Part shown: in pieces, positions 27,858 through 37,223 of the stretch | Layout: each line of letters opens with the position of its first letter | Numbering within the stretch: position 1 is the first letter of the stretch | Source of the DNA: Pseudomonadota bacterium | GTDB lineage: Bacteria > Myxococcota > JACRCW01 > JAFGSX01 | Length of the DNA stretch: 49,569 bases | Assembly (NCBI GenBank): GCA_043821645.1 | Contig: JBDRCO010000066.1 | Span: forward strand, 1 to 49,569 | Reading direction: 5' to 3' | The notes under the pieces: generated by a model | Databases searched by the model: none | What the model saw: the letters and a program-made list of their open reading frames with translations, nothing else | What the model was told of the DNA's origin: nothing | Translations under genes and position numbers: made by a program

Positions 27858-29774
27858 TCACGGCACGATGCTGGACACACTCTCCGGGTCCTGCTCGACC
27901 ACGTCAAAGAAGATCTCGGCCTTGGTCTCGGTGCCAAACACCGGCGTCACCAACCCAAGGCCCACCACGGCCACACCGAGCCCGGCGAGTATGCCGCCGA
28001 CCAGCTGGGAGGTTTCTCGATCCGCCTCGCCAAACTGGGCCGGGTCGAGGGCTGACACGAACAACATGCCCACGCCCGCCAGTGACAACGCGCCGCCGAG
28101 GACAGGGGCCGCCCAGGAAATGAGCTGTCGCGAACGCGTCTGCTCCTCGGACAGCTCGAAGAGCCCCTGGTAGGCCTGCACCACTCTTTGCATGCGCTCG
28201 CTCTCGCTGCGGGGCTCGCGGGCGGTGAAGCGCTGGTAGATGCGCTCCTCGTCGCTGGTGCGGTTCAAAAACAGCAAGGCCGCCAGCACCTCGAGCACGC
28301 TCCCCGCCAGGGAAATCTCGGCGACGACCACGGACCGGGGGGTGTCATCGTCTCGGGGGTCCACCCTGTGCCAGGCCTGGCTGTCCGTCGCCACGGCGCT
28401 GAGACCCAGGGCCAGACCCGTCACGGCGAGGGCACTGGCGGTACTCAGCGCCAGCCCCGTCGTCACCATGCGGGTGCGCTCGCGGTTTCTGGCCAGCAGC
28501 CGCAGCTGGGTCTCGAAGCGTTGCTCCTGGGCTCGCGTCAGGCCGTAGACCGGCGGTGGGGCCACGGCCTCACGCTCGACGTGGCGCGCCAGAGCCTGTG
28601 GTCCAAAGGGGCTGGCAAAGACCTGGGCGAACAGCAGGTCGCTACCCCGGGGGCTGTCGGAGGCCGCCACCAGCTGGGCCGGGGTGAGCCGTGCGGCCTG
28701 GCCGAGCGGTGCCTCGTACAGCAGGCGACGGCCGGACTCGCCACGATCGAGCTCCGCCAGGAGGGAGCCCCCACGTGCCATGGGCAGGATCCAGCGAGGC
28801 GTAAAGCCAGGCTCCGGATGGATGTCCGCCCAGCGGACCCCCTGCTCGTCCCTCAGGGTGGCCCTCTGCTCGAAGCCAGCCAGCTCGACTACGGGTTGCG
28901 TCGGATCGCCGAGATCCAGCAACAGTCCGTCCGGACTCGCGGCCTGCACGTACAGGTGGGGTCGGTACAGGCTGTTGGAGACGTCGCCCGAGGCAATGGC
29001 GACGAAACCCTCGAGCTCGCTGTATGTGATGCGCGCGTCGCCGTCGGCATCGGCGCCCCCCACGAACCCGGAGCGCACAGCGTGGCTGAAGACGCCGGAC
29101 TGCAGGTGGCTCCACTCGAAGACCTGGGCCTCGGCGCTGGTGGATAAAAAGACCCCGACCTCGGTGCCGGCAATGGCGAAGTCCTCGCCGACGTCGGCGG
29201 CAGTGGCCCAGACCGTGCCACCGGGGCGTCGCGGATGGATCACGAAGAAGGAGTTGCAGCTGTCGAGCACGATGTGCACGCGCTGCACGCCTGTGGTCTG
29301 CACCAGGCTGCGCAGGTCGTCGCGGCCGAGGGTGGCGTCCTCGAGCTCGAGAAAGCCCTTGCCGCCACGCTGGTCCCCGTGGCCGGAGAAGAGCAGGAAC
29401 AGCACGGTGCGCTGGCCACCCTGCCTGGCCTGCTGCACCCGCGCGCGCAGACGCTCGGCGGCAGCGAACACCTCATCGCGCGTTGGCAGGCCCGTGATCA
29501 GCGCCTCGGGATGCAGGGTCGCCTGGGTTTCAGCGTCGACCCGGGCCAACACCTCGACGTCTTCCGCTCGCGCAAAGGCGCCCAGCACCCGCGCGATCTT
29601 GACCGCGTCGTCGTCGGCGTAGCGCAGGTCAGGGCGCGCCAGGCTGAGGCTGCGGTTGTTGCCCATGGCGAGCACGAATACACGCTCCCTCTCCGGTTGC
29701 GCCACAGCGCTCTGCCCGAGCGACGAGGCCGGCAGCCACAGCGCGCCCACAAGGACGGGAATCCTAATTTTCAT
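27858..29774 (-). CDS. Caspase-family (peptidase C14) protein, exported, with C-terminal TM segments
   Basis: Signal peptide; 'LRYADDDA'; catalytic dyad 'FSGHG' and 'VLDSC'; 'LQSGVFSH'; ATGA overlap with the upstream gene. Confidence 0.9.
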   Translation of the reverse strand: MKIRIPVLVGALWLPASSLGQSAVAQPERERVFVLAMGNNRSLSLARPDLRYADDDAVKIARVLGAFARAEDVEVLARVDAETQATLHPEALITGLPTRDEVFAAAERLRARVQQARQGGQRTVLFLLFSGHGDQRGGKGFLELEDATLGRDDLRSLVQTTGVQRVHIVLDSCNSFFVIHPRRPGGTVWATAADVGEDFAIAGTEVGVFLSTSAEAQVFEWSHLQSGVFSHAVRSGFVGGADADGDARITYSELEGFVAIASGDVSNSLYRPHLYVQAASPDGLLLDLGDPTQPVVELAGFEQRATLRDEQGVRWADIHPEPGFTPRWILPMARGGSLLAELDRGESGRRLLYEAPLGQAARLTPAQLVAASDSPRGSDLLFAQVFASPFGPQALARHVEREAVAPPPVYGLTRAQEQRFETQLRLLARNRERTRMVTTGLALSTASALAVTGLALGLSAVATDSQAWHRVDPRDDDTPRSVVVAEISLAGSVLEVLAALLFLNRTSDEERIYQRFTAREPRSESERMQRVVQAYQGLFELSEEQTRSRQLISWAAPVLGGALSLAGVGMLFVSALDPAQFGEADRETSQLVGGILAGLGVAVVGLGLVTPVFGTETKAEIFFDVVEQDPESVSSIVP

Positions 29775-30577
29775 GGCTCGCTCGCGATCTCGATCGTCAA
29801 GTGATCGAACTGGTGCAGCCCGGACACCGAAGCTTTTTCGGGCGTCCACCCCTTCTCCAACCTGGCGTCGAGGGCGGGGAGTGCGCAGGTGGCGTCGAAA
29901 ACGAGGAGACCCAGCTCCAGCAGGCCAGGCGCAACGCCTGGCAGGGTAACCGCGGCAGTGGCTGGGATGGTGCCCGCACCTTCCGGGATGCGCAGGCAGT
30001 CGGGGGCCGGGCTGTCGACGGGCCAGGTGGGTAAAAGCCAGGTCACGCGGCCAGTGCTGTCCCGGGCGTAGGCAGCAGCTCGCCGCCCCTCGCCAGGCAG
30101 GTGGTGAAGGACCACACTCAGCGAGACCTCGGCCGCCGTGATGCACTCGCCAGCGTGCAATCTGGTGGAGCGCGTACCCTTGGCATCCACGCGCAGTACC
30201 TCGAACTGCACCGAGGCCCCCACGGACTCGCCGCCGCCCCGGGCCACGAGTGCTGGCTCGCCGCCACGGGGGAGCCAGACCCAAAGCAGCAAGGCCGCGG
30301 CGACCGGGATCGTAGCCGCGGGCACCCACACCCAGGCAGGGCGTGAGCCCGGACGACCAGACTCCACCTGCCTCAGCGTGTCGACGATGAGTGCCTCGTC
30401 GGCTGCAGGCAGTTCCTGGAGCTCGTGCACCACGGACTGAAGGGACTGCAGACGGTCCTCGCACGGCACACAGGCCGCGAGGTGCTGACGCACGCCGAGG
30501 GCTTCGGACTCGCGCAGGGATCCGTCGAGCAGGCCCGCCAGATGTGTGTCGCTGGGGTGCGGAGCGCGCTCGCTCAT
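29771..30577 (-). CDS. zf-HC2 anti-sigma factor with a TM segment and a DUF4384-like periplasmic domain
   Basis: 'HLAACVPC' ZAS motif; TM helix; 'ARGG' and 'VTWLLP'; ATGA overlap with the sigma gene. Confidence 0.9.
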   Translation of the reverse strand: MSERAPHPSDTHLAGLLDGSLRESEALGVRQHLAACVPCEDRLQSLQSVVHELQELPAADEALIVDTLRQVESGRPGSRPAWVWVPAATIPVAAALLLWVWLPRGGEPALVARGGGESVGASVQFEVLRVDAKGTRSTRLHAGECITAAEVSLSVVLHHLPGEGRRAAAYARDSTGRVTWLLPTWPVDSPAPDCLRIPEGAGTIPATAAVTLPGVAPGLLELGLLVFDATCALPALDARLEKGWTPEKASVSGLHQFDHLTIEIASEP

Positions 30578-31185
30578 GGCTCCTCCCTTCGCGTCAGCCT
30601 CTCGCGCAGCAGCACCAGCCCGCGGTGGCAGCGCGCGCGCAGGGTCCCCTCGGGGACGCCGGTGATGCGGGAGATGGTCGGGAAGTCCAGGCCCTCGGCG
30701 TGGTGTAGCAGCACAGCCTCGCGCAGTCTGGGAGGCAGGCCGGAGAGCACGCGGTGCAGGATGATCTCGCGCTCCTGCCTGAGCACGCTATCCAGAGCGC
30801 CCTGCCCCACCGCAGGGCCAAGCGGCGCGTGGTCCCCCGTCCTGCGGGCAAACAGGGTGCGCACCTTTCGCCAGCGCAGGTGGTTGTAGGCCTTGTTGCG
30901 CGCGATCCGGTACAGCAACACGGTGAAGCGGCCCTGGGCCCTGTATTTGCCACGGGTGCGCCACAGCTCGAAGAAGGTCTCCTGGCACAGATCCCGGGCC
31001 TCTGCCAGACCGACCATGCGGCCCAGGAAGCGCCGGACAGCGCGCTCGTGGCGCCGCATCAGCTGCGCCAGGGCCTGCGCGTCGCCTGCGCTGCACAGCA
31101 GCATCAGCTCGTCGTCCGGGCGAGGGCCCGGCCCAGGCGCGTCCAGCGCTACGTTCGGAACCAGCTTGAGCACGCCTGCTTTCAC
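30574..31185 (-). CDS. ECF sigma-70 family factor
   Basis: 'DDELMLLCSAGDAQALAQL', 'DLCQETF', 'LYRIARN', 'LPPRLREAVLLHHAEGL' and 'EGTLRARCHRG'. GTG start approximate (31185 or 31173). Confidence 0.92.
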   Translation of the reverse strand: MKAGVLKLVPNVALDAPGPGPRPDDELMLLCSAGDAQALAQLMRRHERAVRRFLGRMVGLAEARDLCQETFFELWRTRGKYRAQGRFTVLLYRIARNKAYNHLRWRKVRTLFARRTGDHAPLGPAVGQGALDSVLRQEREIILHRVLSGLPPRLREAVLLHHAEGLDFPTISRITGVPEGTLRARCHRGLVLLRERLTRREEP

Positions 31186-31206
31186 TCCTTCGGTCCTCCC
31201 TCCCAC

Positions 31207-31233
31207 CAACACTTCACGGTGCCGGGCGCTGCA
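31207..31233 (-). promoter_or_regulatory. Candidate ECF promoter (autoregulatory)
   Basis: Minus strand reads TGCAGC-gcccggcaccgtgaa-GTGTTG just upstream of the sigma gene RBS. Confidence 0.55.
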
Positions 31234-31382
31234 TTTTCTTGCGGGGTGCGGCGGTGACCGGATCGGTGGGGGCTGGTGCCGTTGACTGGCACTTATCACA
31301 GGGCGATCCCGGCATGAACCGGCTGCCTCGGCGCGGGGGGTACGCGAACGTCGCTGCACTTCTCCACCCGCGCGCGGATCTC

Positions 31383-31410
31383 TGCAACGCCGGACCGTGA
31401 ACGGGTGTTG
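31383..31410 (+). promoter_or_regulatory. Candidate ECF promoter for the beta-barrel gene
   Basis: TGCAAC-gccggaccgtgaacgg-GTGTTG, near-identical to the divergent copy. Confidence 0.55.
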
Positions 31411-31459
31411 AACCTGAAGAGCAGCACGACGGAGTTCCCTAGCCCAAAGGAGATGCACC

Positions 31460-32194
31460 ATGCCAACATCCCGGCACACCCTGGCCTTCGCCATGCTCTG
31501 GTTGCCTGCCCTGCCGGAGGCAGCCTCGGATCCTGCTCCGCAAAACACGCCGTCTGCTGGCCAGAGGACCGTCGCTGTCGAGGAGCTGGCGGCCGAGACG
31601 CCACCTGTGCAAACCGCGAAGGAGACAACATCCACGCAGACGTCGAACGAGCCGACGGTCAAGGCCGTCGCCAGCGGGTTTGGCCTGGAGGTCGGCACGG
31701 GCATGCACGGCGGCCTGTCCTTCATCGAGGGCGGTGTGCTGTTCCCGAGGTTCGTGCCCCACCTGACCGGTAGCCTCAAGCTGACCGCAATGAGCGCAGT
31801 CAACTGGGTCACCTTCTCCAACCTCGACACCGGGCAGACCGTCTCCCTGCACCCGGTGATCGTCGGCGGCGTGCTCAGCGTGGGCGGTTCGAGCGATGTG
31901 ATGCACGACGTCGTGCGGGTCTACGGAGGCGCGGATCTGCTGCTCGGCACCACCCTGACGCCCTACGACAGCTTCTTCTACGACAGGGAGAACCTCATCG
32001 GCCCCAACCTCAGCTACGGCATCTTCGGCCACTTCGGCTTCGAGCTGCTCACCTCGGAGCACTGGGCGACCTTTGTCGAGGCCGGCGGCGGGTTCAGGAG
32101 CCTCAAGGTCGAGACCGAGAATCCCTATGCGGTCGCCGCAGCCTGGCTGGGCAGCGGCGCGACGCTCAAGCTCGGCACGCGCTTCTATTTCTAG
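31460..32194 (+). CDS. Outer-membrane beta-barrel protein
   Basis: AAGGAG RBS; signal peptide; amphipathic strands; C-terminal 'KLGTRFYF' beta-signal. Confidence 0.85.
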   Translation: MPTSRHTLAFAMLWLPALPEAASDPAPQNTPSAGQRTVAVEELAAETPPVQTAKETTSTQTSNEPTVKAVASGFGLEVGTGMHGGLSFIEGGVLFPRFVPHLTGSLKLTAMSAVNWVTFSNLDTGQTVSLHPVIVGGVLSVGGSSDVMHDVVRVYGGADLLLGTTLTPYDSFFYDRENLIGPNLSYGIFGHFGFELLTSEHWATFVEAGGGFRSLKVETENPYAVAAAWLGSGATLKLGTRFYF

Positions 32195-32294
32195 GGCGCG
32201 CCCTGCGGCCCTGTCCCCTGGCAGGCAGGGTCCGCCTTGTGCCAAGGTGGAAGACAACACGGAGCACCCGTCCGTTGCACCGAGGTCGCCTGCC

Positions 32295-34241
32295 ATGATG
32301 AAGCCCAGAGGACGTTTCGCCGTGCGGGTCGCGCTCATGCTGTTCGCCATGCTGGGCGACCCCGCCACCGGGCGGGCGCAGGTCACGCCCTTTGCGGTGC
32401 AGCTGTACAGCGCCAACGCGCCGCCGGCGACGCCGGGGCTCACCGATCTTCCGCTGCTGTCGAGCGTGACCCAGCACGGCATCACCTGGACCTTCGAACA
32501 ACCCACGCGCGTGGGGCGCTTCGTCAACGGCGACTTCTACGTGGTCGGCGCAGTCACGGTCACCGCCATCGATCCCCTGCCCACCGCCGGCAATGGACGC
32601 CACGGCTCCATGCTCGACATCCTGCCCAACCTGCAGCGCTCCGGCTTCGACGACCGCGAGACGGCGGGCCGTTACGACGAGACACTGCGCGTGTATCCGC
32701 CTATCGCCCTGACACCCGGGCACAAGCTGGTCTCCTCGCGCAGCGCGGCCAGCCCGTTACCCGCGGTGATGCGTCCCGGCGACACCTCCGAGAGCCCGGT
32801 GGCCTCGATCTCGATCTTGACCAGCGTGGACGCGCCGCAGCCGCCAGACGCCTTCCGACCGTCCTACGCCGACACCAGCAACACGGTGTACCTGTCCCGC
32901 CAGCTGCAGCGCCAGGTGCTCCCTCGCCTGGCTCCGGTCGCCAACGTGCCTCCCCTGAGCGAGTTCGAGGACTATCTGCAGCGGCCCTGGGTCGACAGCG
33001 TGTTCTTCAGCTTCGACGTGCCCGCCGAGTACATGGCGAGCTACGGTCGCGAGAATGGCTACGTGATGGGCTTTGCCGGGCTGCTGCTGACCCTGGACTT
33101 CAGCGACGCCGAGAAGGAGCCGCTGCTGGTGTACCTGGTGCAGTACGGCATCGATCTGTTTGGCCTGGTGCAGGCCGGGCACGATGGGTGGAATGCCCAT
33201 GGCGGGCACGGCAGTGGCCGCAAGTTCCCCATCCTGCTCGCCGGCACCCTGCTGCAGCAGCCGGCCATGCAACAGATCAGCGCCAACTTCGGTGAGGACA
33301 TGCAGACCATCTGGGTCAGCGAGACCTTGCCCGCTGGCACCTTCTCGCAGACTTGGCATCACCCGCCACAGCTCGTCGCTTACGCCGGCCACATGGGGCT
33401 CGACGGTGAATCCGCCAACCCAGGCTGGGGGCCCTACGAACACCTGGCTCCCGCGCAGTGGGTCAGCAACTACCCGGGCGAGGACTATCGCCGCTGCTGC
33501 ACCAGCGTGTGCTGGGTCGGCCAGGCCCTGGCCGCGCGCTTGATCCCGGGCCTGATGGCGAGCTGGAGTCACCCCCAGTTCTTCGCCTATGTCGACCGAT
33601 GGATGACCGTGACCGAGGCCAGCGAGGATCTCGCGGCCATCGAGGCGGCCTGGGGCGCCAGCTACGACATCGACTTCCAGCAGGGCCAGGCCTGGCGCAT
33701 CCTCAGCGGCGGTGGCTACTACACGGACTGGCGCCGTTTTGTCGACGAGATGTGGGCCGCCTATCGCGACCTGACACCTGCGGACGCTGGAACGCCGGAT
33801 TCGAGCGCTCTGGATTCGGTTTCTGCGGATTCGAATACTCCAGATTCGGCCTTGGCGGACAGGCAGATCGTGGACACCTCGTCCAGGGACCACGCACTTC
33901 TCGACGCGGCGGCCGTCGATGTCGACCAGCTCGACGGCGTGACGGGTGATCGGACACCGCTCGACGTGGCGGTCCTGGATTCCGCTGCCATCGATGCCGC
34001 CCTGGTGGATGCGGGCCGCAGTGACAGCGTGAAGCCCACGGTCATCGCCAGTGGCTGTGCCTGCACCATGGGAACCACCTCCGGGAACGCCTGGGCCGGC
34101 CTGCTTGCCTGGTCTGCTGTCGTCGTGGCCTGGCGACGCAGGGGGGACAGAGCGGACCTTGGCTTGCGCCGAGGCAATGCCGGTGTGCTGCATCGCGCCG
34201 AGATCACGAGGCGTTCAATAAGTGGGGCGAGGCAAGCCTGA
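32295..34241 (+). CDS. Exported protein of unknown, probably enzymatic, function with a MYXO-CTERM-like tail
   Basis: Signal peptide; 'TQHGITWTF', 'GGHGSGRKFPIL', 'YRRCCTS' and 'YVDRWM'; Asp-rich linker; 'SGCAC' followed by a TM segment and 'WRRR'. Confidence 0.85.
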   Translation: MMKPRGRFAVRVALMLFAMLGDPATGRAQVTPFAVQLYSANAPPATPGLTDLPLLSSVTQHGITWTFEQPTRVGRFVNGDFYVVGAVTVTAIDPLPTAGNGRHGSMLDILPNLQRSGFDDRETAGRYDETLRVYPPIALTPGHKLVSSRSAASPLPAVMRPGDTSESPVASISILTSVDAPQPPDAFRPSYADTSNTVYLSRQLQRQVLPRLAPVANVPPLSEFEDYLQRPWVDSVFFSFDVPAEYMASYGRENGYVMGFAGLLLTLDFSDAEKEPLLVYLVQYGIDLFGLVQAGHDGWNAHGGHGSGRKFPILLAGTLLQQPAMQQISANFGEDMQTIWVSETLPAGTFSQTWHHPPQLVAYAGHMGLDGESANPGWGPYEHLAPAQWVSNYPGEDYRRCCTSVCWVGQALAARLIPGLMASWSHPQFFAYVDRWMTVTEASEDLAAIEAAWGASYDIDFQQGQAWRILSGGGYYTDWRRFVDEMWAAYRDLTPADAGTPDSSALDSVSADSNTPDSALADRQIVDTSSRDHALLDAAAVDVDQLDGVTGDRTPLDVAVLDSAAIDAALVDAGRSDSVKPTVIASGCACTMGTTSGNAWAGLLAWSAVVVAWRRRGDRADLGLRRGNAGVLHRAEITRRSISGARQA

Positions 34242-34263
34242 CAGAAGTGTCGGCGCTGTCCCC
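34143..34263. repeat. Inverted pair of REP-like motifs (REPIN-like doublet)
   Basis: GGGGACAGAGCGGAC at 34143 and GTGTCGGCGCTGTCCCC at 34247-34263. Confidence 0.65.
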
Positions 34264-34560
34264 GTCACACCATCACGCGTGAACATGAGAGCGTTGAGTG
34301 GGTGAGCGCGATGTGGAAAGTGGGCAGTCCTGACAACCTCGTCCGCTGACACCAAGGCCCCCCGTCGGCCATCGTCCCAGCAATGCGAGGGGTGATGGCA
34401 ACCGACCTGGGGCTTCCCAGAACAAGAAGGCACCGACCCTGTCCATTTGGTCGTCGAGCTTGTGTGCGGCGGGCATACAATTCATGGCGTTTTCTGCCCC
34501 TCCTGCAACTGCAGGAGCCACGCGCCCCGCTGGTCCCGAGAGTGCGAACGAGGTGACATC

Positions 34561-36990
34561 GTGAAGGACCTGGCTCTGATCCTGGCTGCTGGACTGCTCG
34601 TGTCCTGTGACGGCTGTGCACCGGCCACCACGCCGGACCCCGACGAGGGCAAGCCCGATCCCACCCTCTTTGCACTCGAGGTCCTGGCCGAGGAGTTCAT
34701 CGAGCTGAGCATCGAGGGTGAGACTGTTCGCGCGGCTCCTGACCTGGTTCTGGTCGGACTGACCCAGGACGCCAACGATGCCGACTACGGCAGCATCGCG
34801 GCGCTGGTCGACGGCGCGCTGGTGGGCCAGCTGCCCGCCCTGGGGCTGTTGCAGATCCAGGTGCGCACGCGGACCCAGGCCGGTCTGGACGCCGCCATTG
34901 CCGTCTTGACCGCCGATGCGCGCGTGGCTTTTGCAGGCTACGACCTGGAGCTGAGCGCCAGTGAGGGCGTGTGCCCGGTCGACAACGACAACCAGCGCCT
35001 CGAGGCCGAGTTCCGCTGCTTCTACCAGGACATCGAGATGGACACCGCCATGACCCTGCTCAAGCACCTGGAGGCGGATCTCGAGTGGAACCCGGTGAAG
35101 CTGGGTATCGTGGATTCGGGCATCAACCACGTGCACCCGGAGTTCGAGGACATCCGGATCTACGACGCGCACGGCGTGGGCGGAGCGGTCACCGATCAGA
35201 TGCAGGACAAGGCCGGCCACGGCACCAAGGTGGCGGCGATGATGGTGGCCGACGACGACGGCGACGGCATTGCAGGTCTCGCCTCCAGCGTGCTGGGTGA
35301 CAGGCTGACCCTGGTGTTTGGCAAGATGACCGGCCAGCTGTTTCCCACGATCATCTCGGTGCACCGGGTTCTGCACGCCGGATCGCAGATCGTGAACATG
35401 AGCTTCGGCGTCAACCGCAACCTGGGCAACCGCCAGCTGCAGTTCGAGTGGGCCGGCTTCGCGCGCCTGATGGCGGCCTGGCCCGAGGTTCTGTTCGTGG
35501 CCGCGGCCCCCAACAGGCCGTTTGTCCTGACCGGTATGAACCACATGCCGGGTGGCATGCCCGCCCCCAACCTGATCACGGTGGGTGGCACCAAGGCCTG
35601 CTCCATCGCGACGCCCTACGTCGACTCGGCGCGCGGCCCCTCGAACATCATCCAGATCGCCGCGCCGGCCCAGAACGTGGTCACCATCGATGTCGAGATC
35701 GGCAACATACTCGAGACCAAGAGCGGCAATTCGATCGCCACCCCCCAGGTCAGCTCGGTCGCGGCGATCCTGCTCTCGCTGGTCCCGGACCTGACTCCCA
35801 CCGAGGTGCGCGACCAGTACATCCAGCGCATGAGCAACTTTGGTCCCCCGGAGGTGGGCGGGCGCGTGCTCACCGTGCCCTACGTGGTGGGGCAGCTGCT
35901 GCTTGAACGCGTCGCGTCCACCGCCGTGCTCGCGGTGGTCGACGCCAACGAGGATGGAGTCCTCGATACCACCAACACCATGATCCAGAGCATCTGCGGC
36001 GGCCGCTCCTGGTACATCGTCGAGGGCGAGGACACCTTCACCGCCACCAGCACGGACGAGGCGATGGGGAGCGGCAACACCACCATGTTCAACCTGACCT
36101 TCGTACACCAGCCCCATGCCTTTGGCCTGAGCTGCAACGACTGCCCGTTCGACCTCGGCGTGTTCCCGGTACTCCCGCCGGCGGCCACCGCGCCGGACAC
36201 GGCCTTCGCCTCCTACTCCTTTGCCGAAGGCAACAAGGTCGTTCAGGGCCAGGGGCAGAGCGGCGGGTTCCTGATCAACGCGTGCAGCATCACCGGCCGC
36301 ACCGTCGAGCCGCAGACCAGCAGCATCGTGTACGAGCTCGTGGTCCAGGGACGCTTCGGGGGCGACATGGAGATCACCACCTCCTACCTGAACCCCTTGA
36401 GCACCGAGACTCACATGTCCACCTTCACGGGCGCCTTCGATCTGCCGTGGCTGTTCAACCTGCCCAGCGAGACCGACGCGCTGGCACTGCGCCTGGAGCA
36501 AAAATGCGAGAACGGCCGGTCACCGCCCAGCTCTCCGGCCACCGAGCTGCTCGGCCTGCCCGAGCTGGCAGCCCGCTGGGGGGTATCGCGGACAGGGGCC
36601 GACGCTCGTCGCAACGGCATCGCCACCCCGCTGAGCGCCGAGCAGGCCGTGGCCTGGGTTCAGCTGGAGACGCCGCTGGCCGGCACTGGGACCGCCTTCC
36701 ACCTGGCCTTGCTCGAGAGCGCGGCTCCTGCTGGCGTGGGCGACTCCGTCGTGGTCAACGTGCTGCAGCCGGATTGCACGGCGCAGACCGAGCCGGCGTG
36801 CGCACAGAGCGGTGGCATCGCACTCGGCCTTTACACCTGGGTCTCGGGCCACGCGACGCGCGCCCTGCAAGGAGTATCCGGCCAGGTGACCCTCGAGCAG
36901 ACCTCGGCCCAGGTCCTACGCGCGACCCTGGATGTCACCTTCGACGACGGCAGCCAGGCCCAGGGATGGAACCTGCGAATGATCGAGTGA
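34561..36990 (+). CDS. S8 subtilisin-like serine peptidase, lipoprotein
   Basis: GAGGT RBS with GTG start; LVSC lipobox; triad 'IVDSGI', 'GHGTKVA' and 'SGNSIATP'; oxyanion 'AAAPN'. Confidence 0.9.
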   Translation: MKDLALILAAGLLVSCDGCAPATTPDPDEGKPDPTLFALEVLAEEFIELSIEGETVRAAPDLVLVGLTQDANDADYGSIAALVDGALVGQLPALGLLQIQVRTRTQAGLDAAIAVLTADARVAFAGYDLELSASEGVCPVDNDNQRLEAEFRCFYQDIEMDTAMTLLKHLEADLEWNPVKLGIVDSGINHVHPEFEDIRIYDAHGVGGAVTDQMQDKAGHGTKVAAMMVADDDGDGIAGLASSVLGDRLTLVFGKMTGQLFPTIISVHRVLHAGSQIVNMSFGVNRNLGNRQLQFEWAGFARLMAAWPEVLFVAAAPNRPFVLTGMNHMPGGMPAPNLITVGGTKACSIATPYVDSARGPSNIIQIAAPAQNVVTIDVEIGNILETKSGNSIATPQVSSVAAILLSLVPDLTPTEVRDQYIQRMSNFGPPEVGGRVLTVPYVVGQLLLERVASTAVLAVVDANEDGVLDTTNTMIQSICGGRSWYIVEGEDTFTATSTDEAMGSGNTTMFNLTFVHQPHAFGLSCNDCPFDLGVFPVLPPAATAPDTAFASYSFAEGNKVVQGQGQSGGFLINACSITGRTVEPQTSSIVYELVVQGRFGGDMEITTSYLNPLSTETHMSTFTGAFDLPWLFNLPSETDALALRLEQKCENGRSPPSSPATELLGLPELAARWGVSRTGADARRNGIATPLSAEQAVAWVQLETPLAGTGTAFHLALLESAAPAGVGDSVVVNVLQPDCTAQTEPACAQSGGIALGLYTWVSGHATRALQGVSGQVTLEQTSAQVLRATLDVTFDDGSQAQGWNLRMIE

Positions 36991-37052
36991 TGGGGCTGGG
37001 CTCGGTACCCGATGCCGGACCTGTCGACGCGGGTCTCGACCAGCGACGCCTT

Positions 37053-37074
37053 GGGGACGTGTCGGCTCTGTCCC
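37053..37074 (+). repeat. REP-like motif forming a GGGAC..GTCCC hairpin
   Basis: GGGGACGTGTCGGCTCTGTCCC. Confidence 0.8.
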
Positions 37075-37223
37075 TGTCTCGCTGCGGGCCTGCACGGGCC
37101 ACGCCATGAGCCACATGCACAAGGACGCGATCGGTGTCAGGCTGATCTCTGCTGGCCCCGACCCACCCGGTCGCGCAGGGTGCTAACATGGAGCGCAGGC
37201 CAGGGGTTCGCAAGGAACACGCG

